From Myxococcales bacterium (GTDB lineage Bacteria > Myxococcota_A > Polyangia > Polyangiales > DASUME01), in the NCBI GenBank assembly GCA_047601445.1, contig JASGJH010000001.1:1440001-1504000 (forward strand): a stretch of 64,000 nt of DNA. Reading direction: 5' to 3'. Numbering within the stretch: position 1 is the stretch's first letter; every line of letters starts with the position of its first letter. Positions 9,048 to 19,625 of this stretch are shown piece by piece. A model generated the notes under the pieces. The model was not told the DNA's origin, did no database searches, and worked only from the letters and a program-made list of their open reading frames with translations. Made by a program: the position numbers and the translations under genes.

Positions 9048-9671
9048 CTAACCGACGCGCCAGCGCAGCTCGCGCACCACCGTGAGGATGGCCACGCCGT
9101 GGACACTCGGGGCCGGGCGCGGCTCGAGCCACCGGTGTTGCAGCTCACGGGCTCCCGTCGTGCGCAGAGCGCGGCTGACGAAGGCGCCGGAGCTCTCGCA
9201 ATAGATGGTCTGGAGCAGCGCCGGCACGCCTGTAATGGCGTTCTCCCAGTGTCCGGGCGCAATCTCACGCACTTCGGAGCGCGTGAAGCTGAACAGCTGC
9301 GAGCCGATGCCAGGCAAGCGCTTCACCAGCATCTCGGGTGAGATGGCGCTCAGTAGGAGCTTGTAAACGCCCCGTTGATTGCGCGCAGCCTGGGTGTCGA
9401 AAACCTGGTTCAAGTAGCTCTCGTAGCGCTGTCCCTCCAGGCGCGCGGCGGTCGCCAGCAGCGGATCGAGGCAGGCCGAGTCGTACCAGGCGGATGCCAG
9501 GAAGGATTGCTCGAAGTAGCGCCGCAGGGCTGGATCGGGCAGGGCCGCGAGCACCGACGCGAGGCCGCCGCGGGCGTGCTCGGAGAGGTACTCGACGCAG
9601 CCCCGGCAGATGGACCCTTTGACGCGGAACGGGCTCTCGCCAACGGCGAAAGGCAACGACTTCGAACTCAC
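9048..9671 (-). CDS. Myxobacterial DUF2378/TIGR02265-like protein
   Basis: FRVKG...FLASAWYD...GVYKLLL pattern; start (GTG 9671) uncertain. Confidence 0.55.
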   Translation of the reverse strand: MSSKSLPFAVGESPFRVKGSICRGCVEYLSEHARGGLASVLAALPDPALRRYFEQSFLASAWYDSACLDPLLATAARLEGQRYESYLNQVFDTQAARNQRGVYKLLLSAISPEMLVKRLPGIGSQLFSFTRSEVREIAPGHWENAITGVPALLQTIYCESSGAFVSRALRTTGARELQHRWLEPRPAPSVHGVAILTVVRELRWRVG

Positions 9672-9768
9672 TCGACCATTGTGCACCAGAGCGCCGAGCA
9701 TTCGCCAACACGGGACGAAGTAAGCAGCGACCACCGAAGGGAATTCGGCCGGTGGTATAGTCATTCTA

Positions 9769-11358
9769 GTGGCGCCCGAAGACCGCGAAAGGGAGCACGG
9801 CCTCGAGCACTTGCGAGAGCGAGCAGCCGACCTGCGCGGACTGCTCGACGCCCTTCCGTTAGCCACGGCCGTGAAGGACGCCGAGGGTCTCATCCTGTAC
9901 ATCAACGCAGCGGCAGCCGCTGGTTACGGGCTCTCACCTGCGGAGATGATCGGCCGCGCGGATCACGAGTTGCTGCCCCCCGGCAACGATCCGCTCGACG
10001 TGCTCGCCAAGGACCGCGAAGTGCTCGAGAGCGGGCGCGCGCTGACGGTCCCGGGACAGCGCTTCCGCACCTTCGAAGGCCGGCACATGGTCTTGCACAT
10101 GATCCGCGAGCCCGTGCGCTTCGGGGGTGTGCCCGCAGTGATGGTCACCGCGATGGATGTCACGTCCGCCAGCTCCGCTAACGCAGAGCGCCGACAGATC
10201 GAGCGTCGCCTCGCGGAGTCACAGCGCCTCGAGGGGCTCGGCCTGATGGCGGGGGCCATCGCGCACGACTTCAACAATCTCCTGGTGGGTGTACTCGCTA
10301 GCGCCGACATGGCCCTGGTGGACACGTCGCTCAACGAGCGCACGCGTGGCTTTCTGCAGCGCATCGCCTCGGCGGCCAACCGCCTGGCAGGCCTGGCGCG
10401 CCAGATGCTCACCTATTCCGGTCGCGGTCCGGCCAACCTCCAGCCCATCGACGTGGCGAGCCTGGCGCGCGAGATGATGGAGCTGGTGGCGTCGTCGATC
10501 CCCCCCACGGTTCGCGTGCTGGTCGACTTGCCCGAGGACCTGCCCGCGGTTGCCGGAGACCACGCCCAGCTCGGCCAAGTGCTGGTGAACCTGGTGGTGA
10601 ACGCCGCCGAGGCCATCGGCGCCGATGTGCCGGGCGTGATCCGCGTGTCGGCGCGCCGCGAGTACCTGGACAGCAATCTCACGGCCAGCCTGAGCGTGCG
10701 CTCCTTGCGCGGGGCGGCCGACTTCCTGTGCCTCGAGGTGAGCGACGACGGCCCCGGCATGGACGAAGCGACCCGCGAGCGCATCTTCGATCCGTTCTTC
10801 AGTACCAAGGGCAAGCGCGGTCGCGGGCTCGGCCTGGCTTCGGTGATCGGCATCGTGCGTGCACACCAGGGGGCGCTGCAGGTCGACTCGGTGCTGCACG
10901 AGGGCACGCGCATGCGCGTGTGGCTCCCGCTCGCCCAGGAACGGGCCCGCATCAAGTCGCTGCGCCCCGCGCGCGTGCACGCGAGTCGGGCGGCCAGTGG
11001 GCACCGCGTGCTGGTGGTGGATGATGAGTCGGTGGTGCGCGAAATCGCCGTGGCGGTGCTCGAGGCGCGCGGCTTCACGGTGCTGAGCGCGGCCGATGGC
11101 ACGGCGGCCATCGAGGTGGCGCAGAGCGCCGGTTCCGTGGACCTGGTGCTGCTCGACATGACGATGCCCGGCCCGAGTGTGGATGAAGTGCACCGCGCAT
11201 TGCGCAGCGCCCTACCCGGCGTGCGCGTCCTGTTGACCAGCGGCTACAGCGAACCCGTGGTGCTCGGGAAGTTGCTCGAGGAACCAGGCACGAGCTTCCT
11301 GCAGAAGCCCTTTTCGGCCAGCACATTGGTCGAGCAGGTACACGCGCTGCTCAAGTGA
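9769..11358 (+). CDS. Hybrid sensor histidine kinase (PAS-HisKA-HATPase-REC)
   Basis: PAS domain, IAHDFNNLL H-box, NLVVNAAEA, DDGPGM, FFSTK, GLGLA and receiver LVVDDE/LLDMTMP/KPF. Confidence 0.95.
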   Translation: MAPEDREREHGLEHLRERAADLRGLLDALPLATAVKDAEGLILYINAAAAAGYGLSPAEMIGRADHELLPPGNDPLDVLAKDREVLESGRALTVPGQRFRTFEGRHMVLHMIREPVRFGGVPAVMVTAMDVTSASSANAERRQIERRLAESQRLEGLGLMAGAIAHDFNNLLVGVLASADMALVDTSLNERTRGFLQRIASAANRLAGLARQMLTYSGRGPANLQPIDVASLAREMMELVASSIPPTVRVLVDLPEDLPAVAGDHAQLGQVLVNLVVNAAEAIGADVPGVIRVSARREYLDSNLTASLSVRSLRGAADFLCLEVSDDGPGMDEATRERIFDPFFSTKGKRGRGLGLASVIGIVRAHQGALQVDSVLHEGTRMRVWLPLAQERARIKSLRPARVHASRAASGHRVLVVDDESVVREIAVAVLEARGFTVLSAADGTAAIEVAQSAGSVDLVLLDMTMPGPSVDEVHRALRSALPGVRVLLTSGYSEPVVLGKLLEEPGTSFLQKPFSASTLVEQVHALLK

Positions 11359-11368
11359 CCGTGCGTGC

Positions 11369-11917
11369 TCACGGCGTGGGAGCGGGCTGTGCGGGCGCCA
11401 GGTTCGGGTCGGCGCCAGGTGCGGCCGGGGCAACCGGTGCGACCACCGCAGGTGCTGCCGCCGGCGCGAGGCCTGGACCCGCGGCAGACTCCTTTTGAAT
11501 TTGCTCCGCGAGCCACTTCACCCAGTTGTTGTAGAGACGATGGATGTTCGTTCCGTCGTACTTGAGGCCAGGTGTCGAGTTCACGTAGGAAATGGAGTAG
11601 GTGGAGGGCGTGTAGTCCACGCGGATGGTGGCGCTGTGACCTCGCGACGTGGCCTGGGCACCGATCACGCCGGGGCTCTCGCTGAGCACCGTCCAGTGCT
11701 TGGCCAGCAGGGCGCGCATGATGATGGCGCGGGCATCCGCTTCGCTGAGCGGCTGGCCACTCACGGACACCAGCTGCGCGTTGTTGACGCTGAGCACGGG
11801 CGCGAGGGTCGCGTGACAGGCGCTGCTGAGCACGGCCAGCACGACGGCGAGGGCCAACGCGAGCGACGGCGGGAGCGACGAGCGCGGAGATTTCTGCTTG
11901 TTACGAAGGAGCTGCAT
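11369..11917 (-). CDS. Putative lipoprotein
   Basis: Lipobox LSSAC; YSISYVNS..LKYDGTNIHRLYNNWV motif of a conserved small lipoprotein family; start uncertain. Confidence 0.7.
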   Translation of the reverse strand: MQLLRNKQKSPRSSLPPSLALALAVVLAVLSSACHATLAPVLSVNNAQLVSVSGQPLSEADARAIIMRALLAKHWTVLSESPGVIGAQATSRGHSATIRVDYTPSTYSISYVNSTPGLKYDGTNIHRLYNNWVKWLAEQIQKESAAGPGLAPAAAPAVVAPVAPAAPGADPNLAPAQPAPTP

Positions 11918-12869
11918 GGCGTCGAGCATAGCGCTGCGATAGCCAGGCACACGCCATCAATTGCAGCTGATGGAAGAGCATCAACGGGACCACCAGCAGG
12001 CCCACGCTGGCTTGGCTGAACAGCACGCTGGCCATCGGGAGACCGCTCGCCAGGCTCTTCTTGGAGCCGCAGAAAACCGCCGCAATCTCGTCCTCTTTGC
12101 GGAAGCGCAGCGCGCGGCTGATGGCGGTGGTGAGGATCAGCACGAGGGCCAGCAAGACCGCATCGAGCGCCAACAACCGACCCAGTTGGGCCAACGAGAT
12201 TCGTTGCCACACGCCCGCTACGACCCCTTCGCTGAACGCCGAGTAGACGACCAACAGAATCGAGCCGCGGTCGACGTAGCCCAGGGCCTGCTTGTGGCGT
12301 GTCACCCAGGCGGAGAGCCATGGACGCGAGAGCTGGCCCAGGAAGAACGGCAGCAAGAGCTGCATGGCGAGCTTCGGGATGGCTTCCCCCGACATGGTCG
12401 TGCCTGCACGCCGCAGCATCAACGCCAGCAACATCGGGGTCACCACGACCCCGAGCAGGTTCGAGAGGGAGGCCGCCGTGAGCGCCGCGGCCACGTTCCC
12501 GCGTGCGATGGAGGTGAACGCAATGGAGGACTGCACCGTGGACGGCAGGGCGCACAGCACCAGGAAGCCCACATAGAGTTCTTCGCTCAAGAGTCCTGGC
12601 AAGAGCGCCCGCAAGATCAGGCCGAGCACCGGGAACAGCACGAACGTGAAGGCCAGCACGGTCCCTTGCAGACGCAGATGACGCGCGCCTTCCCAGGCCT
12701 CACGCGGCGACAGTCGCGTGCCGTAGAGAAAGAACAGCAGCGCGATGACGCCGTCGGTGACGTAGTCGAGGGCGGTCCCGACCCTTCCGCGGGCTGGCAC
12801 GAGCGAAGCCAACAGGACGCAGCCGAACAGCGCGAGCAGATAGGGGTCGATGCGGAGCTTGGCGCTCAA
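11901..12869 (-). CDS. Bile acid:sodium symporter family (YfeH/SBF-like) transporter
   Basis: LPSTVQSSIAFTSIARGN, FCGSKKSLASGLPM and PLMLFHQLQL motifs; TTG start at 12869. Confidence 0.9.
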   Translation of the reverse strand: MSAKLRIDPYLLALFGCVLLASLVPARGRVGTALDYVTDGVIALLFFLYGTRLSPREAWEGARHLRLQGTVLAFTFVLFPVLGLILRALLPGLLSEELYVGFLVLCALPSTVQSSIAFTSIARGNVAAALTAASLSNLLGVVVTPMLLALMLRRAGTTMSGEAIPKLAMQLLLPFFLGQLSRPWLSAWVTRHKQALGYVDRGSILLVVYSAFSEGVVAGVWQRISLAQLGRLLALDAVLLALVLILTTAISRALRFRKEDEIAAVFCGSKKSLASGLPMASVLFSQASVGLLVVPLMLFHQLQLMACAWLSQRYARRHAAPS

Positions 12870-13009
12870 CGTCCGTTCCCTCTTGGCGCTCGACCTGAAT
12901 GGTGATCCGCGAACTGCACCCCACGAGCGTAGCCAGCGGGAGCCGCTTCGGCACTTGACCGCCCGGGTTCCTTCGCACATCTTCCGCCAGTCACCAGCTT
13001 GGTGACCGT

Positions 13010-13180
13010 ACGTAGGGTGCCCTTTGGGGCTTAATAGGGAAGTCCGGTGCAACACCGGCGCGGTCCCGCCACTGTAAGCAGGAAGCTTTTCGTCAAGGTC
13101 ACTCGGGTCCCCCGGGGAAGGCGGCGAAAGCGCTGGGTGCGAGCCCTGTACCTGCGAGCCAGGAGACCTACCCCGTGCGT
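13010..13180 (+). ncRNA. Cobalamin riboswitch
   Basis: GGTG...AATAGGGAAGTCCGGTGCAACACCGGCGCGGTCCCGCCACTGTAA...GGGAAGGC...GAGCCAGGAGACCT (B12 box). Confidence 0.95.
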
Positions 13181-13311
13181 GGCAACTCCGCGAGGAAACG
13201 GAGCGAGGCCTTGGGCAGTCACTGGCTCAGTGCTTTTTGATCGTACGGTACCCTTGGTGGGTGGGTCGATCGCTCCTCGTACCGCGCGGACATGGTCCGA
13301 GGAGACGATGC

Positions 13312-14520
13312 ATGAGGCACCCGAAACTTCCCCAGGTTGGTTTGTTGCGCGCGTTCGCGTTCAGTGGCCTGTTGGCCACCGGCTGCGCCGGAGACGGTGA
13401 TCACGAAAAGGCCGCCGGCGATGGCCGCAGCATGGCCGAAGTGCTGATGAATCGCGCCTATATCGTGAGCCTCGAGTCGGAGGAGCTCACGGTGATCGAC
13501 CTCGACGCGCTCGAGATCGTCGGACGCGTGCCCACCGGCGGCGTGGAGAACCACATGGGGGATCTCAACGCGGACTACACCAAGCTCTACATCGACTCGT
13601 CCCACAGCGACGAGACCGTGGTCGTGGACCTGGCGCGCCTCGAGGTGATCAAGCGCATCCCCACGGGCAAGCACCCGTCGCACCTCTCGCTGCACCAGCC
13701 TTCAGGGCTGTTCACCATCATGCTCGAGGGCGACAACGCCGTCTCGTTCCTGGATACGGCGACCGATGAGATCATCAAGACACTGCCGGGCTTCATGACC
13801 CCCCATTTCGCCCGTTATTCAGCCGACGGCAAGTGGGGCTACGTGGCCAATATCGGCGCCCATCACATCTCGCGCCTCGACATGGAGACACTCGAGGTAG
13901 TCGACCAGATCCCGCTCGATGGCTTTGCCGCCAACATGCCCACCGGCGGCGAGGGCGGCTTCGCGGACGTGCAAATCGACCGCGACGGCGTGCTGCACGC
14001 AGCGCACGCGGATACGGGGCGCGTGATGATGGTAGACGCGGCCAGCGGGCAAAAACTCGCCGAGACCACGGTGGGACGGGCGCCCTGGATCGTGTACGCC
14101 GAGCATCCCTTCGACAACGTGCCCATGACGCATCTGGTGCCCAATTTCGGCGACCAGACAGTGTCGATGATCGCCAAGAGCCGCAAGGTGGTGGGCACCG
14201 TGGCCGGCGACCAGGAGTCCTACGGGGTCAACTACTCGTCGCTGAATCCGAACATCGCCTACGTGATGAACCGTATGCGCGAGGACATCGCCGTGGTGGA
14301 CATCGAGCAGGGACAGCTGCTCGAGCGCATCGCGGTGGGCGGCAACACCGAGACCGCTTCGACCACGCCCGATGGGCGCTACATCGTGGCCGCGGTGAGC
14401 GGGGCCAACCGCGTCGTGGTGATCGACGCGCGCACGCGCAAGATCAAGAAGATCTTCGAGAACGTCGGCAAGTACCCGTGGAGCGTGACGATCCCGGGTG
14501 GACAGAACTACTGCCACTAA
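13312..14520 (+). CDS. YncE/YVTN-type beta-propeller lipoprotein, His-rich
   Basis: Lipobox LATGC; repeated TVIDL..LE.V.RIPTG blades; ends GQNYCH; ATG 13312 after GAGGAG. Confidence 0.85.
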   Translation: MRHPKLPQVGLLRAFAFSGLLATGCAGDGDHEKAAGDGRSMAEVLMNRAYIVSLESEELTVIDLDALEIVGRVPTGGVENHMGDLNADYTKLYIDSSHSDETVVVDLARLEVIKRIPTGKHPSHLSLHQPSGLFTIMLEGDNAVSFLDTATDEIIKTLPGFMTPHFARYSADGKWGYVANIGAHHISRLDMETLEVVDQIPLDGFAANMPTGGEGGFADVQIDRDGVLHAAHADTGRVMMVDAASGQKLAETTVGRAPWIVYAEHPFDNVPMTHLVPNFGDQTVSMIAKSRKVVGTVAGDQESYGVNYSSLNPNIAYVMNRMREDIAVVDIEQGQLLERIAVGGNTETASTTPDGRYIVAAVSGANRVVVIDARTRKIKKIFENVGKYPWSVTIPGGQNYCH

Positions 14521-14552
14521 ACGCGCGCGTCATGGGGCTCGCGAGTCGAAAG

Positions 14553-17500
14553 ATGCGACGACTGGGCTGGGCTTGGCTCGGTTTGGTGGCCGCGCTTTGG
14601 TGCGGCTTCGCTCCGCGCACGGCGCGCGCGGAGACGTTGTTCGGCGTGGTGTCCGAGCGAACCGCACAGGTCGCGCTCAGCGCCGCGCAGCCGTTCCTTG
14701 GACGCCATCGGGTTCTATTGCGGACACCCGAGCAGGTAGCGAGCCTGAGTGACCGTGAGCTCGTCGCGCTCTGGCGAGAGGCCGACGCGCTGCTGTTCGC
14801 CAACGTGTTCGGAGAGCAGGCCACGCGCCTGACGCGCCTCTTGCGCGAAGGCGCCGTGAACCCGGCGATCCCCGTGCTGTGCCTGTCGGGAGACCCAGAG
14901 CTCAGCGCGGCATCGCGTCTCGGCGGACAGCGGGTGTTCGAGAACATGAGCACGGACGCGCAGCGCGCGCTGGCGGCGGCCCTTTCGTCGAGCGACCCCG
15001 AGGCCAAGCCCTGGCGGGTTCTGGCCGAGGAGAACCCGCGTCAGGCGGAGTGGATCGAGGGGGCCGCCTACTGGCGCGCGCGCTCGCCTGCCAACGTGAG
15101 CGCGTTGTTTGGGTGGCTATTGCGTCGCGCAGGGGCGGCCGAGACGGTCCCTGGGCCGCGCCCAGCCGAGCCGCTGCGTCTGCTGCAAGACGGCGAGCAA
15201 GCGCGCCTGACGTTGCCCCAGGCTGCGCCTGTGGTGGCGCTGCTCGACTACGACGAAGCCGAGGGCAGCGCCTCCCTGGCACTGCATCGCGCCCTCTGCC
15301 GAGCGATTCTCGCAGCAGGGCCTCGCTTGTGTGAGCGTGCTCGCGCGCTGGGGCCACGCGACGGCGCGCGCACTCGAAGAGCTCCCGCAGCGCCTGGCAC
15401 CGGGACGCTTAACGGGCCTGGTAGTGCTCCAGGACTTCGTGCTCGGAAGCGCAGAGGCGCGCGAACGCGCCAGTCGCGCGCTGGCCAGGCTGGACGTGCC
15501 TGTGTACAAGGCGCTCCGCCTGGTGGATCGCAGCGAGGCCCAGTGGCGGCTCTCCACCGATGGTCTGCCCTGGGACACCGTGCACTATCGCCTGGCCATG
15601 CCCGAGTTGCAGGGCGTGGGACAGCCCGTGGTGCTCGAGGCGGCGGAGCGCGTGCGCACCGATGCGGCCACCGGCCTCGCCTTTCGCCCTGCCCTGCCCC
15701 TCGAGCGCGAGATCGAGCACCTCGCACACAAGCTCGCGCGCAGCGAGCAGCTGGCGCGCAAGCCCAACGCAGCGAAGCGCGTGGCCATCATTTATTACAA
15801 CCACCCACCGGGACGCCACAACATCGGCGCCGACAACCTCGACGTCCCGGCCTCGCTGTGGGAGCTCCTGCGGGCGCTCAGGCGCGCTGGCTATGACGTG
15901 GACGACCTGCCCACGTCGGCCTCCGCGCTGCTCGAGCGCCTGCAACGCGATGGCGTGAATTTGCCCGAAGACCGCGGCGCACTCTCGGACATGGCCCCGC
16001 GCATCGCGCACGTCCCCGAGGCGACCTACGCACACTACTTCCAGAGTTTGCCGGCTTCCGCGCGACTCTCGGTGGAACAGGGTCCCCTCGCGCGGCTCGC
16101 CCACGACGTCGCGCTGGCCCAGCGCGCAGCGGAGCCGGCCAGTGCCCGCGAACGCGTGAGCTTCTGTCTCAAGGACATCCGCCACGTGCTCGAGGGCAGC
16201 GACCACCCGGCACGCCCGCGCGCGCTCGCGCTGTTGGCTCAGCTCACGGATCAGTACGACGCCTGGCTCGATGGCATGGAGACCGGCGTAGACACCCGCG
16301 GGAGCGAGCGCGAGGTGCAGGCGCTCACGCAGAGCCTGATCGCCACGCGCATCGAAGGCCTGACGGGTTGGGGCCCAGCGCCCGGGCGCGGCATGGTGCT
16401 CGACGGAAAGCTCCTCGTGCCGGGGATCACCTTCGGCAACGTGTTCATCGGCCCTCAACCACCGCGCGGCTGGGAGCTCGACGAGGAGCTGCTCCACGCC
16501 AACCTGAGCTTTGCTCCGCCCCATCAGTACCTCGCCTACTACCGCTGGCTACGTGAAGAGTTTCGCGCGGACGTGCTGATCCACGTGGGCCGCCATTCGA
16601 CCTACGAATGGCTGCCGGGACCGAGCGTGGGGCTCTCGCGCGAGGACTTTTCGTCCCTGGTGACCGAGGACTTGCCGAGTCTCTACCTGTACATCGTGGA
16701 CGGCGTGGGCGAAGGCCTCGCCGCCAAGCGGCGTGGCGGCGCCGTGATCATCGATCACCTGACGCCACCGCTGAGCACCACCCCGCTCTACGACGACCTG
16801 CTCGCGCTGCGACAGCTGGTGGAGAGTCATGAAGCCATGGGCTCCTCACCGGACACGCAGGCCGCCCGCGCGCGCGCCGTGCTCGCCATCAAAGAGAAGA
16901 TCCAGAAGCTGCACATGGAAGATGCCCTGCGCGCCAACATGGACAGCGAGCTCAAGCTGCGCGGCGTGAGCTTCAACGAGGTCAGCGACGAGCTCCTGGT
17001 GCACGAGGTCGGACACTATCTGACCGAGCTGCAAGAGCGCTTCATGCCCCACGGCTTGCACGTGTTCGGTCGTCCCTGGCAGCGCCCTGCCCTGCAAAAG
17101 ATGCTCGGATCCATCGAGGGCACGAGCGAAGCAGCACCGGCTCGATCCGCCTCGGCGGCGGCCCTCACGCGCTCGCCCGGGCTCGAGCTCAAGGCTTTGC
17201 TCGGCGCGCTCGCGGGACACTTCGTGGAGCCCGGTCACGGCAACGACCCCGTGCGACGCCCGGAGGTGCTGCCCACGGGCCGCAATTTCCACGCGCTCGA
17301 CGGCGGCCTATTGCCGAGCCAGGTGGCCTACGCGCTCGGCTCCGAGCTCGCCACGTCGGCGCGCGCGCAAAAGCCGGGCAGCGCCGAAGGCAGCGAGTCG
17401 GTGGTGCTTTGGGCCTCGGACACGGCGCGCGACGAAGGCGTGATGGTGGCCTTCGGACTCGACATGCTCGGCGTGCGACCGGTGTGGAACAGTCGGGGCA

Positions 17501-18876
17501 TCCTGCGCTCGCTCGAACGGCTGCCGCTCGCCGAGGGCCGGACGCGGCGCGACGTGAACTTCATCACCAGCGGCCTGTTTCGAGACCTGTACGAGAACCT
17601 GATCGTTTGGCTCGACCGCGCCGTGCTGCTGGCCCTCGATGGCGCGAGCTTGACGCTGCGCGCGGAGCATCCGGAGCTCGCACCGGCCCTGGACGCGGCC
17701 CTCGCGCCGCTCGGGGAACTGCGCGCTCCGGGGACGGAGAGCCTGCGCGAGAATCAGCTCGCGGCACACTGGGCCGAGCAAGCACGGGCGCTGAGCCTCA
17801 AGGGGATGCCGCTCGCAGCTGCCGGGCGTGAGGCCAGCGTGCGCCTCTTCGGCAACGCACCAGGCGGCTACGGGGCCGGCGTGAACAACCTGGTGGAGCG
17901 CTCCGGATCCTGGCAGGACCGTGCGCAGATTGGGAAGTCCTTCGCGCTTCGCATGGGTCACGGCTACGGCGCAGGACTGCGCGGGGCTCCAATGCAGGCT
18001 GGCTTCGAGCAGGCCCTGACGCGCACCGAGCACACCTACCTGGGGCGGGCCAGCCGCCTCTATGGCTTGCTCGATAACAACGACAGCTTCGACTACGTGG
18101 GCGGGCTGCGACTCGCCGTGGAGCAGCGCCGCGGCAAGCCGCCCGAGTCGAGCGTGGTGCAGTACGCCGACGCCCAGCATGCGCGCGTGGAGCCCCTCGA
18201 GCGCGCGTTGTTCAGCGAGCTACGCGGGCGCCACCTCAACCCGACCTATTTGCGCGCGTTGATCCGCCACGGCTACGCGGGCGCGCGCACGCTCAGCTTC
18301 GGCTTCGTGGAGAACCTCTGGGGCTGGCAGGTGACGAGCCCGGACCTGGTGAAGCCCTGGGTGTGGGACGAAGTGCATTCGGTCTACCTGAAGGACAGCC
18401 AGAAGCTCGGGCTCGCCGAGCTCTGGAAGTCCGCACCCAACGCCCACGTGAAGGCCAACATCGAGGCCGTGCTGCTGGTGGCTGCCCACAAGGGCTTCTG
18501 GTCGCCCGACGAGGCCGTACTGCGTGAGCTGGCCCAGGACTTTGCGCGCCTGGTGAGCGAAAACGGCCTGCCGGGCAGCGGCCACACGCGCCCCGATCAT
18601 CCGGTCATGGGTTTCGTGCGAGAGCGACTCGACGCCCAGGCCCGCGCGATGTTCGACCAGGTGTTGCAGCGGGCGCAGCAGCCCTCCTCGCGCGGACAGC
18701 CAGGTCCGAGCGCAGTGGCCGAGCTGCACCCGGATCCGCGCGAGCACGCCGAGGTCTCAGCGGACACCGAGTCGGGGCGCTCCATGTCCGGGCGCGCAGC
18801 GCAAGCCCTGGCTTACGGGCTGCTGACGGGTTGTGTGGGCCTGTTTTTGGCGGGTCTTTGGCGCGGAAGGACGTGA
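14553..18876 (+). CDS. Exported CobN/Mg-chelatase H-family protein (BtuS/HmuS-type); one apparent +1 frameshift near 15300
   Basis: Signal peptide MRRLGWAWLGLVAALWCGFAPRTARA; YYNHPPG, GPQPPRG, PPHQYLA, HVGRHSTYEWLPG, IIDHLTPP, LPTGRNF and NLWGWQ motifs; C-terminal TM; removing one base at ~15300 joins the two frames. Confidence 0.88.
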
Positions 18877-18879
18877 GTG

Positions 18880-19323
18880 ATGGGCGATAGCTTGGGCATG
18901 TTGTTGCGCAGCATGGTGCGCGGGCTGGAGGCGCCGGCCTTGAGCTGCTTGCTGGTGGTATGCGCCTGGGCGCTGTGGGAGGCGGGCCTCGGCCTGGGCG
19001 AGCGTCTGTCGGGGCTGCGTAAGCTGCGCGAGGGCAACGACCTCGAGCGCGTGCGCGACATGGGCCGCGTGCGCATCGAGCGGGCAGACATGTTGGCGCG
19101 CGTGGGTCCCATGCTCGGCCTGGTGGGCACGCTGATCCCCCTCGGGCCCGGGCTGGCCGCGCTCGGGCGCGGGGAGCTGAGCGAGCTCGCGCGCGCGGTG
19201 ACGGTGGCCTTCGACACGACGGTGCTGGGCTTGCTCGTGGGCATGTCGGGGTTCGTGCTCGGACGCCTGCGGCGCCGTTGGTACGACCGACTGCTCGACG
19301 GACTGGAGGCACAGCATGCGTGA
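18880..19323 (+). CDS. MotA/TolQ/ExbB proton-channel family protein
   Basis: GPMLGLVGTLIPLGPGL...AFDTTVLGL motif. Confidence 0.9.
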   Translation: MGDSLGMLLRSMVRGLEAPALSCLLVVCAWALWEAGLGLGERLSGLRKLREGNDLERVRDMGRVRIERADMLARVGPMLGLVGTLIPLGPGLAALGRGELSELARAVTVAFDTTVLGLLVGMSGFVLGRLRRRWYDRLLDGLEAQHA

Positions 19324-19618
19324 CCGCCGCCGCTTTCAGAGCCGCTTCGACGACTCCGATGCCGACCCGCTCACCGGTATGGCCAACCTGGCCGACGTGA
19401 TGCTGGTGTTCGCCTGCGGCCTGATCACTGCGCTCGTGATGGGCGACCTGCGCGCGAGCCCGGCGCGTGAAGGCGGCGGAGCACGCGTGCCTGTGGAACA
19501 GGGCCGTGAGGTGCCCGACCTGCCCCAGGGCGAAGGCGGTCAGGTGGCTGGCTACGAGTCGGTGGGGACGGTCTACCGCGACTCCAAGACGGGAAAACTC
19601 GTGATGGTGAAAAAGTGA
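19316..19618 (+). CDS. DUF2149 family protein (ExbD-like partner)
   Basis: DPLTGMANLADVMLVFACGL TM with Asp; C-terminal GTVYRDSKTGKLVMV. Confidence 0.88.
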   Translation: MRDRRRFQSRFDDSDADPLTGMANLADVMLVFACGLITALVMGDLRASPAREGGGARVPVEQGREVPDLPQGEGGQVAGYESVGTVYRDSKTGKLVMVKK

Positions 19619-19625
19619 GGACAGC

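Noticed and set aside
13215..13240. Intrinsic terminator after the B12 aptamer (CACTG-gct-CAGTG-CTTTTT)
   Set aside because: The stem is only 5 bp; a possible expression platform, but not supportable as a feature
15290..15320. Programmed ribosomal frameshift in the chelatase
   Set aside because: No slippery heptamer is seen, and three other similar single-base insertions in the window point to error
13833..15896. 687-aa ORF in the track
   Set aside because: Only the part from ~14532/14553 to ~15300 is plausible coding (chelatase N-terminus); the rest is off-frame shadow of the YncE and chelatase genes
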